The translations under genes and the position numbers were made by a program. Shown here in pieces: positions 39,510-51,894 of a stretch of 64,000 bases of DNA. The first letter of the stretch is position 1. Each line of letters opens with the position of its first letter. The stretch covers positions 115,320,001 to 115,384,000 of the forward strand of contig OZ024745.1 of assembly GCA_964016885.1 (NCBI GenBank), in the 5' to 3' direction. The notes under the pieces are model-generated. The model ran no database searches. It saw nothing but the letters and a program-made list of their open reading frames with translations, and had not been told where the DNA came from. The DNA comes from Eledone cirrhosa (Eukaryota).

Positions 39510-39735
39510 TTGTGGCGAATTGGCAAAGTCGTCAGAACACCGGATTAAGTGCTTTATGGTTTTCGGTTCCCTGCTCTCTGAGTTCAAATCCCGGCGAGGT
39601 CAACTTTACCTTTCATCCTTTCGAGGTCGATAAAAAAATACCAGTCTAGTACTGGGGTCGATTCTTCCTCTATATCTCTTTCACATTTCCTCTCTCTCAC
39701 TTTCTATCCTTCTCTGGAAGAAATCTGCTATACTG
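39510..39735 (+). mobile_element. tRNA SINE, related subfamily
   Basis: ggcgaattggcaaagtcg..gagttcaaatccc..cctttcatcctttcgaggtcgataaa; 3' part matches 5080-5215. Confidence 0.8.
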
Positions 39736-39934
39736 AGAGTGTGTTGACCGAAGGACTCAGGATAAGATGTATGTCCCAGTCACCCTGAAACAACATTGTT
39801 ACTAGGCTTGAGATTCGAAAGTGAAAAATTCGAATGAAGGATTTATATGAAAATGAATTTCAGTGGTTATTTGAGGTTGTTCGTCATCCCAGCCTGGTAT
39901 GGTTGTGGCCTTACACTGCATTATTTAGTGAATA

Positions 39935-39991
<57 letters not shown>

Positions 39992-39997
39992 TGCTGT

Positions 39998-40051
<54 letters not shown>

Positions 40052-40057
40052 TGCTGT

Positions 40058-40117
<60 letters not shown>

Positions 40118-40118
40118 T
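39935..40118. repeat. (CTA)n trinucleotide array with a 60-bp higher-order duplication
   Basis: Interruption ttctactgctgtt occurs twice, 60 bp apart. Confidence 0.95.
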
Positions 40119-40341
40119 GGTTTATTTCCATTTTCCAGCCATAGCAACCACTCTACTCTCATCATGTTCTCGGCTATTATCATATCCCACGGCCTTATCA
40201 CTGGTCACTCAACATTAGTGGACCAATCATGGCCAATACTACCATTATAATTGTTACCACCACAGTTATTATCATTACCACCCCCACTATAACAACCACT
40301 ACTGTCGCTACTCTTATCTCCTGCTACTACCAATACTACTA

Positions 40342-40848
40342 AGCATCGGACAGCATGCTTTTACGGTATAGAGTTACGAGCCTTTATATTTTGAGTTCAA
40401 ATCCCGCCGAAGTTAACTTTGCTTTCATCCCTACAGGGTCAATAAAATAAAGTACCGGTAATGCACTCGGGTCGATTTAATCGACTTTCCCCTCCCCGCA
40501 ATTGGTGGTCTTCTGCCTAAATTAGAAACCATTATTGGGGAATTGGCAGTATCGGTAGAGAGTCGGACGCCATGCTTTCTAGCATAGTTACGTCCCTTTA
40601 CAGTCTGAGTTCAAATCCCGCCGAGGTTAACTTTGCCTTTCATCCTTACGGAGTCGATAAAATAAAGTACCAGTAATACACTGGGTAATTTCTGGCCTTG
40701 TGCCTAAAGTAGAAACAATTATTATAGGTTAGTTTTGCCTTTCATCCTTACAGGGTCGATAAAGTACCAGTAATGCACTGGGGTCGATTTAATCGACTTT
40801 CCCCTCCTCCAATTGCTGGCCTTGTGCCTAAATCAGAAACCATTATTG
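40342..40848 (+). mobile_element. head-to-tail cluster of 3 Nin/Deu-core SINE copies
   Basis: B boxes at ~40393 and ~40607; 3' fragment at 40735. Confidence 0.88.
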
Positions 40849-41465
40849 TAGACACCTTCCATTTTAGGTTGTTCTCGTTTTACTTCGTGGCTTACACAGA
40901 CTAACACTGTTGTTGTTGTTGTCGTTTTTGTCGTCGTCGCTGTTGTTGTTGTTGATGTTGATGTTGTTGTTGTTGATGATGATGATGATGATAGTGCTGC
41001 TGCTGGTCAGACAACTAATTGTATTTCCTTAAATGACAAACTTCCATAAATACGCATGAGAAGTTGATATCTGAAAAAAAGTGTCTATTATTATATTTAT
41101 TTTACAAATATCTAATTGCCTTTACCAAAATAACCATGCAGTTTATTTTTTTGTTACATTATCAGCATTGAAATCGACTGTAAGAGGATGAAAGATCAAG
41201 TTGCGGTGAAATTATGGATATAATGTTGTTTTATCACGAAGTGAAAGCCATTAAACTAGTTTTATAGAAGTAGTCTTCGAAATGAGAACCCAGAATGTGT
41301 GACTCTCAGGAAATAGTGTGACTCCCAGGAAATAGCCATCGACTAAACTGTTTAGAAATAAATGGGATCTCATGCGGCATTTGATATATGGATATATTAT
41401 ATGGATGCATACATGCATACATACATACATACATACATAGATACATACATACATACATACATACA

Positions 41466-41922
41466 TGCGCAGATACTCCACCCTGATTATACCTTCAGAT
41501 GTATGCCTGTGATTATTGGGGCACTGGGATATGTTAGTAACTGCCTCAATACAAATCTTGATAAGCTGGGCTTCACAGGGACAGAAAGAACACAACTCGT
41601 TAGGAAATTACAAATACAATCTATTAATGGAACAGTAAACATATGTAAAACATTCAAAGAATTCTGCATCTAATAACTGCATATACACATGTACAGATAC
41701 TAAGCATATGCACATGTACAGACACTAAGCATATGCACACATACAACTCAAAACATACACATCCACACATACAATAACATCCATATCCACACATGCATGC
41801 ATGCAGGCATGTATACATAATCTACCTAGTTGATGTGTAAATTGTAATGAGAGTCTTGTGTCTATGTTAGAAACCGACTCTCTCTATTGGCAAACATTTG
41901 TGAAATTATAAAACCAGAAGAA
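41466..41922 (+). mobile_element. R4/Dong-like RLE LINE 3' end in (ACAT)n
   Basis: QILHPDYTFRCMPVIIGALGYV..GTVNICKTF; same family as 29 kb; (ACAT)n both sides. Confidence 0.85.
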
Positions 41923-42010
41923 CATACATACATATATACATACATGCATGCATACATACATACGTACATACATATATATACACATACATACATGCATACA
42001 TGCATGCATA

Positions 42011-42128
42011 GGAGGACATCTACGGACCATTGATGAGGAGTTTACAAATCCAGTATCCAAGATACACCTTTAGCTTCATACCCATCATTATTGGGGCTAC
42101 GGGTTATATACCAATCCGCTTGGACCAA
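42011..42128 (+). mobile_element. short RLE LINE fragment of a related family
   Basis: LQIQYPRYTFSFIPIIIGATGY, preceded by (ACAT)n. Confidence 0.7.
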
Positions 42129-42358
42129 TGTATAACCTGTATGGAGAGGTTGAAAGGTTTAAAGAAGGCTGTGAGTTCTTTTCTGAACCTGTCGCAAGCA
42201 CGTGGGCCGCACTTTGTCATGGTCAAAAGACCGTCGTCACGGTACAAACCACCGCCCACGTTGGGGATATCTTCCTTGATAAAGAAAAGAAGGTAAAGGC
42301 CGATAAGATCAGTAACCTCCGCAGAATCGCTGGTGCCCATACTCACGCCGAATGGGGT
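42129..42358 (-). pseudogene. inverted duplicate of the PLE RT catalytic segment
   Basis: PFGVSMGTSDSAEVTDLIGL..GLYRDDGL..LSIQV, an inverted copy of ~43588-43812. Confidence 0.9.
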
Positions 42359-42462
42359 TTGCCAGGGAACGTTTCCACGAACCAAAGTATCGTCTTCCTG
42401 TCTTCCTTCGGTTGCAACGTTTTTTGAAATATTTACTTCTGCGTTCACAGATTGACATTTTT

Positions 42463-42513
42463 AGTTTCACAAGATCCCGTTAAGGGTGAAAGCAGCGATT
42501 CTTTGCTTAAAAT
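42463..42513 (+). ncRNA. degenerate HHR in 5' pLTR (second copy 45972-46022)
   Basis: Two-copy consensus agttt-CAGAAGA-tccc gttaa gggt-GAAA-gca..tgc-TT-aaact. Confidence 0.55.
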
Positions 42514-42667
42514 TTAATCTGTTATTTTAATAAATATTTTCTCTACGGTTCTTATATATCGGATATATATTTATCCTTATCGAGCCCTCTTTGGATTTTA
42601 GTCTTCAAATTTATTATTATAACTATTTGGTTCCCTCGGTTGAGCACTCTATTGACTTATATTCATC

Positions 42668-44795
42668 ATGCAGAAGAAACATCTGAATATTTCTACAAAG
42701 AACATACCCGTACCAAGCAGGAAAACATACCTAAAACTCCTGATACAGAAAACAGACGCGTTCATTAAAAGGTTGCGTTGGCGTGTCTTTTATTTCTATA
42801 ACCAGGGAAAAGCAGACAACAAACAGGATAAATTTGGGTTTAAAACCTATAATAACCCTCCGAGTAACCTAGCATTGCTACCATTCGAAAATGATGTCTT
42901 GGAACTCATACGGAGTATCAAATTTCGGAATAGGAGCAATTCTTTCCAGCAGGACCTGAAGAATAGAATTCGTTCTATTAAGGATTCTAATGCCGTGCAC
43001 GTCCATTCCGACAAAACTGGCAATCTATATCAAGTGGAGCGCACTACTTACCATCAACTGCTACATAATGCTGTAACTAAGGATTACCGTAAAACTAATT
43101 GGAGTGTCATTAATGAAATCAACGATGCTGGGTTTAATATCACCTCTGATCTCAACATCCTGGACCGGACCGAACCTCTGGACCCTATTTCTCCCCACTT
43201 TACCCTGAAGGATCACAAATACAATTTCCCGAACAACCCCTCTATTCGGTTTATTAACCCTACGAAGTCCGAGTTAGGTAGACTTAGTAAAAGGATTTTA
43301 GATAGAATTATACCTGAAATTAGAAGCTTGACCCCTCTTGCACTGTGGAACAATTCTTTCGCGGTGATTGATTGGTTCAACGGCATATGCAACAAGGAAC
43401 ATTGCCGTTTTATCCAATTCGACATCAATAATTACTACTCCTCCGTCACATTACCACTTCTTCTTAGAGCTATCAATTTCGCTAAACACTCACAGTGGTT
43501 AAGGATTTCGAAGTTGATGTCATCCTCAATGCCCGTAAGTCGGGGATTAATTTCGACGACTCTATTTGGATTAAAAAATCAAATAGTACCCCATTCGACG
43601 TGAGTATGGGCGCCAGCGATTCGGCGGAGGTTACTGATCTTATCGGCCTTTTCCTTCTTTTCTCTGTCAAGGAAGAATTCTCCAACGTGGGCGGCGGTTT
43701 GTACCGTGACGATGGTCTTTTGACCATGACAAAGTGCGGCCCACGTGCTTGCGACAGATTCAGAAAAGAACTCACAGCCTTCTTTAAACCCTTTAACCTC
43801 TCCATACAGGTTGAGGCCAACCTCTCGGTCGATAATTACCTCGACTTTAGCCTCGATTTGTCGAATGGCTTGCACTACAAGTATAGAAAACCGAATGATA
43901 CGCTTAATTACATAAGTAAACATTCTAACCATCGTACCAGCATAACCAAGAACCTGGTAAGAAATGTTTCTATGAGGCTTTCCCGTCTATCAACAAACGA
44001 GCATATTTTCAACGACCATTCTACATATTACAATGAAGCTCTTGCTAGGAGTGGATTTGTCGATAAGGTAGCTTATACAGAGTACAAGAATAGACATAGG
44101 AAAAATAGATCCCGACGCATTATATAGTATAACCCACCATATAATATGGAGGTGGCCACATCATTAGCTAAGATCTTTCTCTCCCTTATTATGAAGCATT
44201 TCCCCCAGCACATAAATATAGTAAAATCTTTAATAGAAATACCATTAAAATTTCTTACTCTACGACTCCTAACCTTGCACATAACATCACAGCTTAAAAT
44301 TTAGTTAAATTACATAGCCGTAGGAACACGTGCAACCCTGTAGCTAGTACTAACTGTAATTGTAGGAACCGGGTTGACTGCCCCCTATCCGGGAAATGCC
44401 TCTCTAGTAACATTGTCTACAAATGTAAGGTTGAAACACCCACGTCCTGTAGGGCCTACATAGAGTTAACTGCCAATAGATTCCAGCAGCGTCTTTACAT
44501 GTATACCCATTCTTTTCTTAACCCTTTAAGAAGGAATATGACGTCACTTTCAGCTTATATCTGGAGTCTAAAAGACAACTACGCCCAATATAAGTTACAC
44601 TGGGAGATCCTAGCTAGGGGTATATCATATAACGGAAATAAAAGACCATGTGACCTCTGCGCCGCTGAGGCCCTGGAAATACTCTACGCCAAAGACCACA
44701 ACTTAAACAAAAAATCTGAGGCAATTTCGGCTTGTAAACATAAATTGCACAAAACTTTCCTATATTACAGCCCCACATTATACCCTAACGGATAG
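42668..44795 (+). pseudogene. PLE polyprotein: RT (YRDD) plus C-terminal GIY-YIG
   Basis: SDKTGN, FIQFDINNYY, MGASDSAEV, GLYRDDG, YLDFSL, SNH, YNPPY, KISYS, CNCRNRVDCPLSGKC, NIVYKC, CDLCAAE, LNKKSE..CKH; frameshifts near 43490 and 44215, stops near 44125 and 44296. Confidence 0.93.
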
Positions 44796-45469
44796 TACGA
44801 ACTATACGCGGATAATTTACGTCTTGATGTGGCAGCTAAGTATATGTTATGTTAATACCATTACTTATTCGTATAGGTAAGTACCTGTATGTTTACTGAA
44901 GGTACGTATACTTTCTCGTACGTATATTTGCTTGTATATGTTTTTGGCGTATATATTATATATACTGGTACATGTGCATTTGGTTATGTGTATACGTGAG
45001 TTTTGCGCCTGTGTGAATATGCGGGTTCGTACGTATGTAGGGTGTGTGTATATGTGTACTTTGTGATTTGGTTGACGCACGTCCGCGAACATATGTGTAT
45101 TTACATGTAGGTATGTGTCTGTGTACACGCGTTATATATGTGTGTATATTTATATACGTTTATTTAATTATGTATACACGCACACACACACATGTATATG
45201 TATATGTGTTTTTTATATATATTTTTATGTGTATTTGGTATATACGTTCGTATGTGTGCGGGTACAGGCGTTGCGTGGGTCCTGTATGTGCGTGTTTAAT
45301 AAATTTTTTTATGTGTACGTGCTTGTATTTGCATACCCATGGCGAGTGTTTTCGCATATGCTTGAGTATATATGTATATGGATGCGTGTATGTATATATT
45401 TAATTTCAATTACCTCTGTATTTTATTTACTTTATTCTTAACTCTGAAGCCGAGAATCATTCGGTTTCC

Positions 45470-45890
45470 TAAATAGAATTTTAGTCTACGACTTCAGTTA
45501 TACCATTTACGTGGTTCTGTCTTTGAGTGTAATTGTTCTCTTTGTTCGACATAATGACGTATTATCTTCGTTTTTTCCGCTCATTGCCAGAGAACGTCTC
45601 CACGAACCACCTAATAGAATATTAGTCTACGATTTCATTTATACCATAAATGTGGTTTTGCCTTTGCGTGTAATTGTTTTCACGCACCAAATAATGACGT
45701 ATTATCTTCGTTTTTTGCTGTTCTTTGCCAGAGAACGTCTCCATGAACCACCTAATAGAATATTAGTCTACGATTTCATTTATACCATAAATGTGGTTTT
45801 GCCTTTGCGTGTAATTGTTTTCACGCACCAAATAATGACGTATTATCTTCGTTTTTTGCTGTTCTTTGCCAGGGAACGTTTCCACGAACC
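45470..45890. repeat. 141-bp tandem repeat (~3 copies) in the PLE 3' UTR
   Basis: gccag(a/g)gaacgt recurs at 45586, 45727 and 45868. Confidence 0.9.
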
Positions 45891-46161
45891 AAAGTATCGT
45901 CTTCCTGTCTTCCTTCGGTTGCAACGTTTTTCGAAATATTTACTTCTGCGTTCACAGATTGATTTTTTTTTAGTTTCAGAAGATCCCGTTAAGGGTAAAA
46001 GCACCGATTCTTTGTTTAAACTTTAATCTGTTATTTTAATAAATATTTGCTCTACGGTTCTAATATGTCTGATATATATTTATCCTTATCGAGCCCTCTT
46101 TGGATTTTAGTCTTCAAATTTATTATTATTATTATATATTATATATATATATATATATCTG

Positions 46162-46260
<99 letters not shown>

Positions 46261-46419
46261 TTATACAAACACATATACATAAATATACATATACACGCAC
46301 AATAATGACACACTCACATAAGTACATATATATATATATATATATATACATACATACACATACATATACATATATATATACATATACATACATACACACA
46401 GAAATATATATCTATATAT

Positions 46420-48545
46420 AAAAGGAGGGGGGATGTAAAGGGTAAGGTAGAAAGTAGGGGGGGAATATAAGTCAAAAGAAATATAAATAACATAGGAAAA
46501 AAATATAAATATAAGAGGAGATGAGGAAGAAAAAGAATATATGAGTAAAGAATGAGTTCAGAGAGTAACAATAATCGTAGTGGATGTAAGGCGTAATGAG
46601 TAAAGAAGTTCAAGGTGGTTGAGTCAGTGTATCGTTGGCCCTTCTGACAAGCACGAAGTTTTTAACATTTTGTTGGTGTGGTTTTATTTGTTTTCGTTTT
46701 GGTGACTCTGGTGGTGATGGTTTTGGTGGTTTTGTTTCGGGTATGTCTGTGTTTGTTGTAGGTGTGGTGTCTGCAATTTCAGGTATCTGTGTGTTTATTT
46801 GTACTTGTGTTTGTTTAGGTTGTTTGCGTTTCGGGGATTGTGGGTGAGAGGGGGGTGTTGATGTTGCTGTTGGTGCTGATGTTATTGGGGAAGTGTTTGC
46901 GTTAGTGGTGTCTGTATTTTTTGTATTGTATGTTTTTGTGTTTTGTTGGGGCTTTTTTTGGTGAGTTTTCTGTTTTCTTTTGCACTTTTGGATTTTCCTT
47001 CATCTTCGCTGCTGGAAGACAAAGGGTCTGTGGCTGTGAGTGTCTCTGTGTCTGTGTGTGCGTTTATTGTTTTTTCTATGTAGGGTAGGGGGAGTGGGAG
47101 AGCTTTCCTAGTTTTCCCATTGGATTGGTTTCGGTGTTGGTGGTCGTCCGGCTGTTTTTGATGTTGGTGTCCGAGTCTTTGTTGGTGTTGTTTTTGGTGC
47201 TGGTGGTGCAGCTTTCCGTGCTGAAACTGGCGTTGGCAACAAAGGAGGTTTGCGACCCTCTGCATGTTTGCGCTGAGGCCAGAAGGCTTGCAGATGCGTT
47301 GCTTCCCCGCAGACGAAGCAGTGTGACCTTCTTACCTCAGTGATTAGTTGGATTGTTGTCCCGTCCGGCAGGCGGGAAAAATCCGAGATGTTGTTCATGT
47401 CCTCCGGTTTCATTTGGAGAAGAATCTCCAAATCCATTCCGGACCAGTCTTCTCTCTCTGTCCTTTTGATATCCAGGAGGGTAGTGTCTGTCCCCTCCTC
47501 GATTAAGCATCCCAGGAGCCACCATATGTTCATTCCTGGTGGGATGATGGGAATGCGGACCTTTACTGTCCTTTTACCCATGTAGGACGGGTGCATGATA
47601 ATGCGTTCCGTTCTGCAGAGGGTCACCGAGTGCTTAATAGCAAGGGCCTCGGTTTTGAACAGTACCGAGATGGTACCGAACTGTTTGGCCCTTGCTTTAT
47701 ACAGTATGTCATCTCCGATGCACTCCAAAGCAGCCTCGACCTCTGCTTGGCTGGCAAGTTCCACTTTGCGTGTTTGCACCGAAATGCATCGAAAGTACAC
47801 CGTCCTCCTTTACATGGCAGCTATTGCCCCGTCCGGGATGGTCAGGTTTTCCCAGGACTTCTCCCGTTTAATTAACCTCCACGCCTGGGCCAACTGTTCG
47901 TCTTTATCGCTAATATCAATATTCAATAAGCGCTTTGTTTTTGCTGCTGCTGCAACAAAGGTGGTACCTCTGTTGCTCTTGTTGTTGGTGTTGTCGTTCT
48001 TGCTGCTGTTGTTGGTGTTGTTGTTGTTGTTTTGTTTGTTGTTGCTGTTGCCACCGCCATCCGTGTTGACATTGGAGCTGTCGGTGTTATTGCCGTTGTT
48101 GTTCTGAGTTGTTGTTGTGGTGGTGGTGGTGGTGGTGATGTCGTTTTCAGATGATACTGCTCCTAACACAGAAGGGAGCGGTTGTGATGGTAGCTTTTGA
48201 GTTTTGCCTACACATCCAGTGGAATGGTCGACAGACATGTCTGTAGTAGTCGTAGTTGTGGTGAGATCTACAGTGGCTGCTTTTGAACTTTTGACCTGAA
48301 CTTTGTTTACCGTTTCAAGGTCGAAAATTTCCATAATTTTCTTTTGGTGGGGAAGCGATTTTTTTCGAAGTTTCCAAAAATAAATCTGAATATTCGGGCT
48401 TAAAGCCCGAATCTTGATAGGTCTCCCTTCCTTGAAACCAAGGTGGGTACCTTATGTTTCGTTAACGACAAGAAAATACAAAAAAATGAAACTTTAAAAC
48501 AGCTTAAAGTTACGAACCTTTTCCCCCGCAGACTTGTCCGTCTTC
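46420..48545 (-). mobile_element. Tx1/L1-like element carrying ORF1 only
   Basis: Frameshifted ORFs 48334-47810, 47800-47108 and downstream; CFVCGEATH knuckle; homologous to the 35-kb ORF1 (RE.WSG, EGRKPPLLPTP); no APE or RT follows. Confidence 0.75.
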
Positions 48546-48953
48546 TTACATATGCGTTATAATAATAATAATGATACTATCTATAGTTCTGTATATACTA
48601 TAAACAACTATAAACAGGAAAGGTCAGTCATTTCTTACTACCTTATTACCAGTAAGATTATATATATATATATATATCATAAAACATGTCTATAGAATCA
48701 CCAGATAAAATATATACCGTTTCCTCTCCCAATTAGCATAATCAACCATATACAAAATCGATTAGACCAAGCTATAAGAATAAAGGCTTCTATGAAGAAA
48801 TCTCCGACAAATAACCGAAAGCATCCCTTCGCGGCGGTTGCGACGGAGTATTTATCGAGTATTTCGACAGCGTGTATAAATCGTCCAGATATACAGTCAA
48901 CTAAACAGAATTACGTGTAAAATAAACTAGGAGAAAAGTGAACATATTTAGTT

Positions 48954-49031
48954 ACCTCTACCATGGTTTCGTCCGCATTTTAAGATATCCGATAATATTG
49001 GACATCTGGAGCACCGGACTCTTCAGGAAGT
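48954..49031 (-). ncRNA. type I HHR with extended stem II
   Basis: acttc-CTGAAGA-gtccg..gatgtcc/ggatatc..cggac-GAAA-ccatgg-TA-gaggt (GUA site). Confidence 0.8.
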
Positions 49032-49189
49032 TAGCTCAAATTTAGACAATTAATTTTCCAAAGTGGTCGCGCCAAGAATACATTCAAAAATGGCTAAATG
49101 GTTGTTGTGTTGCTTAGGTTTCAAAGTTTGTGTCGCGTTCCTTCAAAAGAAGTTTTGTCATTCTAAATTGTAATGTTGATAGGGTAGTA

Positions 49190-49590
49190 GACGGAGGCAG
49201 TAACCTTTTAAAGAGAGTTGCAGAGGAGATTGGGGGGGGGGAGTAGAGAGAGTAATGAACCTTTTAAAGAGAGTTGCAGAGGAGATTGAGAGTGGAGTAG
49301 AGGAAAAGATGAACCTTTTAAAGAGAGTTGCAACATATATGTAGTTTCATATATTTTTGATGGTAGTAGTGAGAGGAATGAAGCATGCAAGAGAGAAGGT
49401 TACAGCATGCATTTAGTTTTATCAACTTTTTTTCATAAAAAGGACATTTTTGGCAAAAATAATTGCATCTTGACCTGCCCTGGTAAATTTGGAGCACATT
49501 GGAAAAAAATTCATCAAAATCGGTAGAGAAATGTGGAAATGCATATAAATCATACACACACACAGACAGACATCTACCGTTTTATATATA
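49190..49590 (-). mobile_element. Helitron-like 5' fragment
   Basis: Minus strand (ta)n-aaaacggtagatgtctgtctgtgtgtgt..ccgattttgatgaa, plus ~58-bp internal tandem repeats. Confidence 0.4.
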
Positions 49591-49610
49591 TATATATATA
49601 TATATTATAT

Positions 49611-50295
49611 AGGGTGGATTGGCAGTATCGGTAGAGGGTCGGACGCCATGCTTTGACGCATAGAGTTACGGCCCTTGCCATTCTGATTTCAAATCCCGCC
49701 GAGGTTAACTTTGCCTCTCATCCTTACGGGGTCGATAAAATAAAGTACTGGGATAATTGTTGGCCTTGTGCCAAAAAGTAGAAACAATTATATATATATA
49801 TATTATATATATTACATATATATATATGATATATATATTATATATTTATATTATATATATATATGATATATATATTATATATAATTGTTTCTACTTTTGG
49901 CACAAGGCCAACAATTATCCAGTACATTACTGGTACTTTATTTTATCGACCCCGTAAGGATGAAAGGCAAAATTAACTTCGGCGGGATTTGAACTCAGAG
50001 CGTAAAGGGGCGTAACTATTTGCTGCAAAGCATGGTGTCCGACCCTCTACCGATACTGTCAAACCACCGCCCTAAAATTATATTATAATATTATTATTAT
50101 AGGGCGGTGAATTGGCAGTATCGGTAGAGGGTTGGACGCCATGCTTTGATGCATAGAGTTACGGCCCTTGCCATTCTGAGTTCAAATCCCGGCTAGGTTA
50201 ACTTTGCCTTTAATCCTTACGGGGTCGATAAAATAAAGTACCAGTAATGTACTGGGTAATTGTTGGCCTTGTGCCAAAAGTAGAAACAATTATAT
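49611..50295. mobile_element. three Nin/Deu SINEs in +/-/+ orientation
   Basis: +49611-49790, -49882-50072, +50101-50295, with AT-only spacers. Confidence 0.92.
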
Positions 50296-50687
50296 TATTA
50301 TTATATATAATTATATTATTATATTATTATTATATATATATATATATTTTATATATATAAAGAGAGATGTATTTTAATTATGTCTCATATAAAATAATAC
50401 AACTGGCTATCCGCAAAATACGTATAGTTAGCACCCCAAACGTATAATTGGGATTATACTAAGGTATATCCTAATGTTTGTTGAGTGAGAGGGAAGCCGG
50501 TCGGAGTATTGCTTAAAGCTTTCTCTGTTAATGTATTAAATATATATATATATATATATGTGTATATATATATATATGAAAAACATGGGGAGAAGAATAC
50601 TGCATGGTTGCACATGGAATACATATTATAAAATTAGTCCCTCATCAGTGATTTGCCAACGATCATTGGTATTTCATCGCATTATAT

Positions 50688-50864
50688 ATTGGCAGTATCG
50701 GTAGAGGGTCGGACGCCATGCTTTGACGCATAGAGTTACGGTCCTTGCCATTCTGTGTTCAAATCCCGCCAAGGTTAACTTTGCCTTTCATCCTTACGGG
50801 GTCGATAAAATAAAGTACCAGTAATACACTGGGTAATTGCTGGCCTTGTGCCAAAAGTAGAAAC

Positions 50865-50870
<6 letters not shown>
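50688..50870 (+). mobile_element. Nin/Deu-core tRNA SINE
   Basis: Near full-length match to the consensus, with (TA)n tail. Confidence 0.9.
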
Positions 50871-50910
<40 letters not shown>

Positions 50911-50940
50911 CAATTAGTAAAAACAATTGTATAGTAAAAC

Positions 50941-51091
50941 TCATTATTTTACTTATTGTTTCGGGGGGGGGGGGGGGTTAGTAGTTTTCCGTATGTTTAT
51001 TCTATTCGTGTTCTATGTTAAATATATTACAAGTTATCAACGTAAGAAAATATACATACGTCTCCCTACCCGCCGTCTTCAGAAATAATGA
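50941..51091 (-). ncRNA. type I HHR with ~113-nt stem II
   Basis: tcattattt-CTGAAGA-cggcggg...(c)n-GAAA-caataag-TA-aaataatga; same stem I as the 8.5-kb HHR. Confidence 0.68.
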
Positions 51092-51839
51092 TTTTTGTTT
51101 ATTGAAGAATATAAAAACATGTATGAATAAGTAACCTTTTCTAGAACAAGGTTGAGATTGACCAATAGTAAAAATAGGAAGGGGCAATATAGATCATTAA
51201 GCTTGTCGTAGTAAATGAATAAATTAGCAGTCAGGGGATGAGGCATCGAATGACCTTTAAGAAGAGAAAGAAAGTTGCGAGTGTAAAGTAATTTAGACAG
51301 ATTGTATAGAAAAGTGTGGACGGTCAAGGAAGATTAAAGTTGGAGGAAAAGTGGTGCAGATATCAGTGTGTTATATCTAGTAGAATAGTATAGAACAATC
51401 CTAAATATTTGTTATTTCTTTGTTCAAGGGGAATAATTTGTTCTAAAAATAGAACAAGTAGAGGAATATAGATGGAACCAAAGAAAAGTAAAATTTCTAT
51501 AAAAAAATATATAGGTAAGAATAATAAAATTTGTGTAATTATTGTATTGTGTTAGAGGGGTCAGAATGAAGTTTTATTTTCGAATAAGAAATCTCATTAA
51601 TAATCAAGTTTTTTTAATAGGTTTAAATGTATGTCTCTTAAAGTTTTGTTAGAGTGTTGAATATAATGTAATATATAGTGCTCATTAATAGTTAATTATT
51701 TAAAAGAGTTATAGGGATGAGATATATGATTGAGTCTATGGATTAATTTTAATAGCAAAAACAAAATACACACACACACACACATATATATATATATGTA
51801 TATATATATATACATTTTCTTTTATATTTTTTTCTGACA

Positions 51840-51894
51840 GGAAGGTATACGATGCTGACGATAGCTAATAAGGTTGAAACTAGTTCATCCTTCC
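51840..51894 (+). ncRNA. type I hammerhead ribozyme motif
   Basis: ggaag..gatg-CTGACGA-tagctaataaggtt-GAAA-ctag-TT-catc cttcc (bulged stem I). Confidence 0.72.

Larger units (their letters stand above)
42359..46130 (+). mobile_element. near full-length Penelope-like element with direct pLTRs
   Basis: Direct repeats 42359-42620 and 45866-46130 flank a single RT-EN ORF; ends at (TA)n. Confidence 0.93.

Noticed and set aside
39834-40250. Mucin-like poly-Thr or poly-Leu ORFs
   Set aside because: (CTA)n microsatellite
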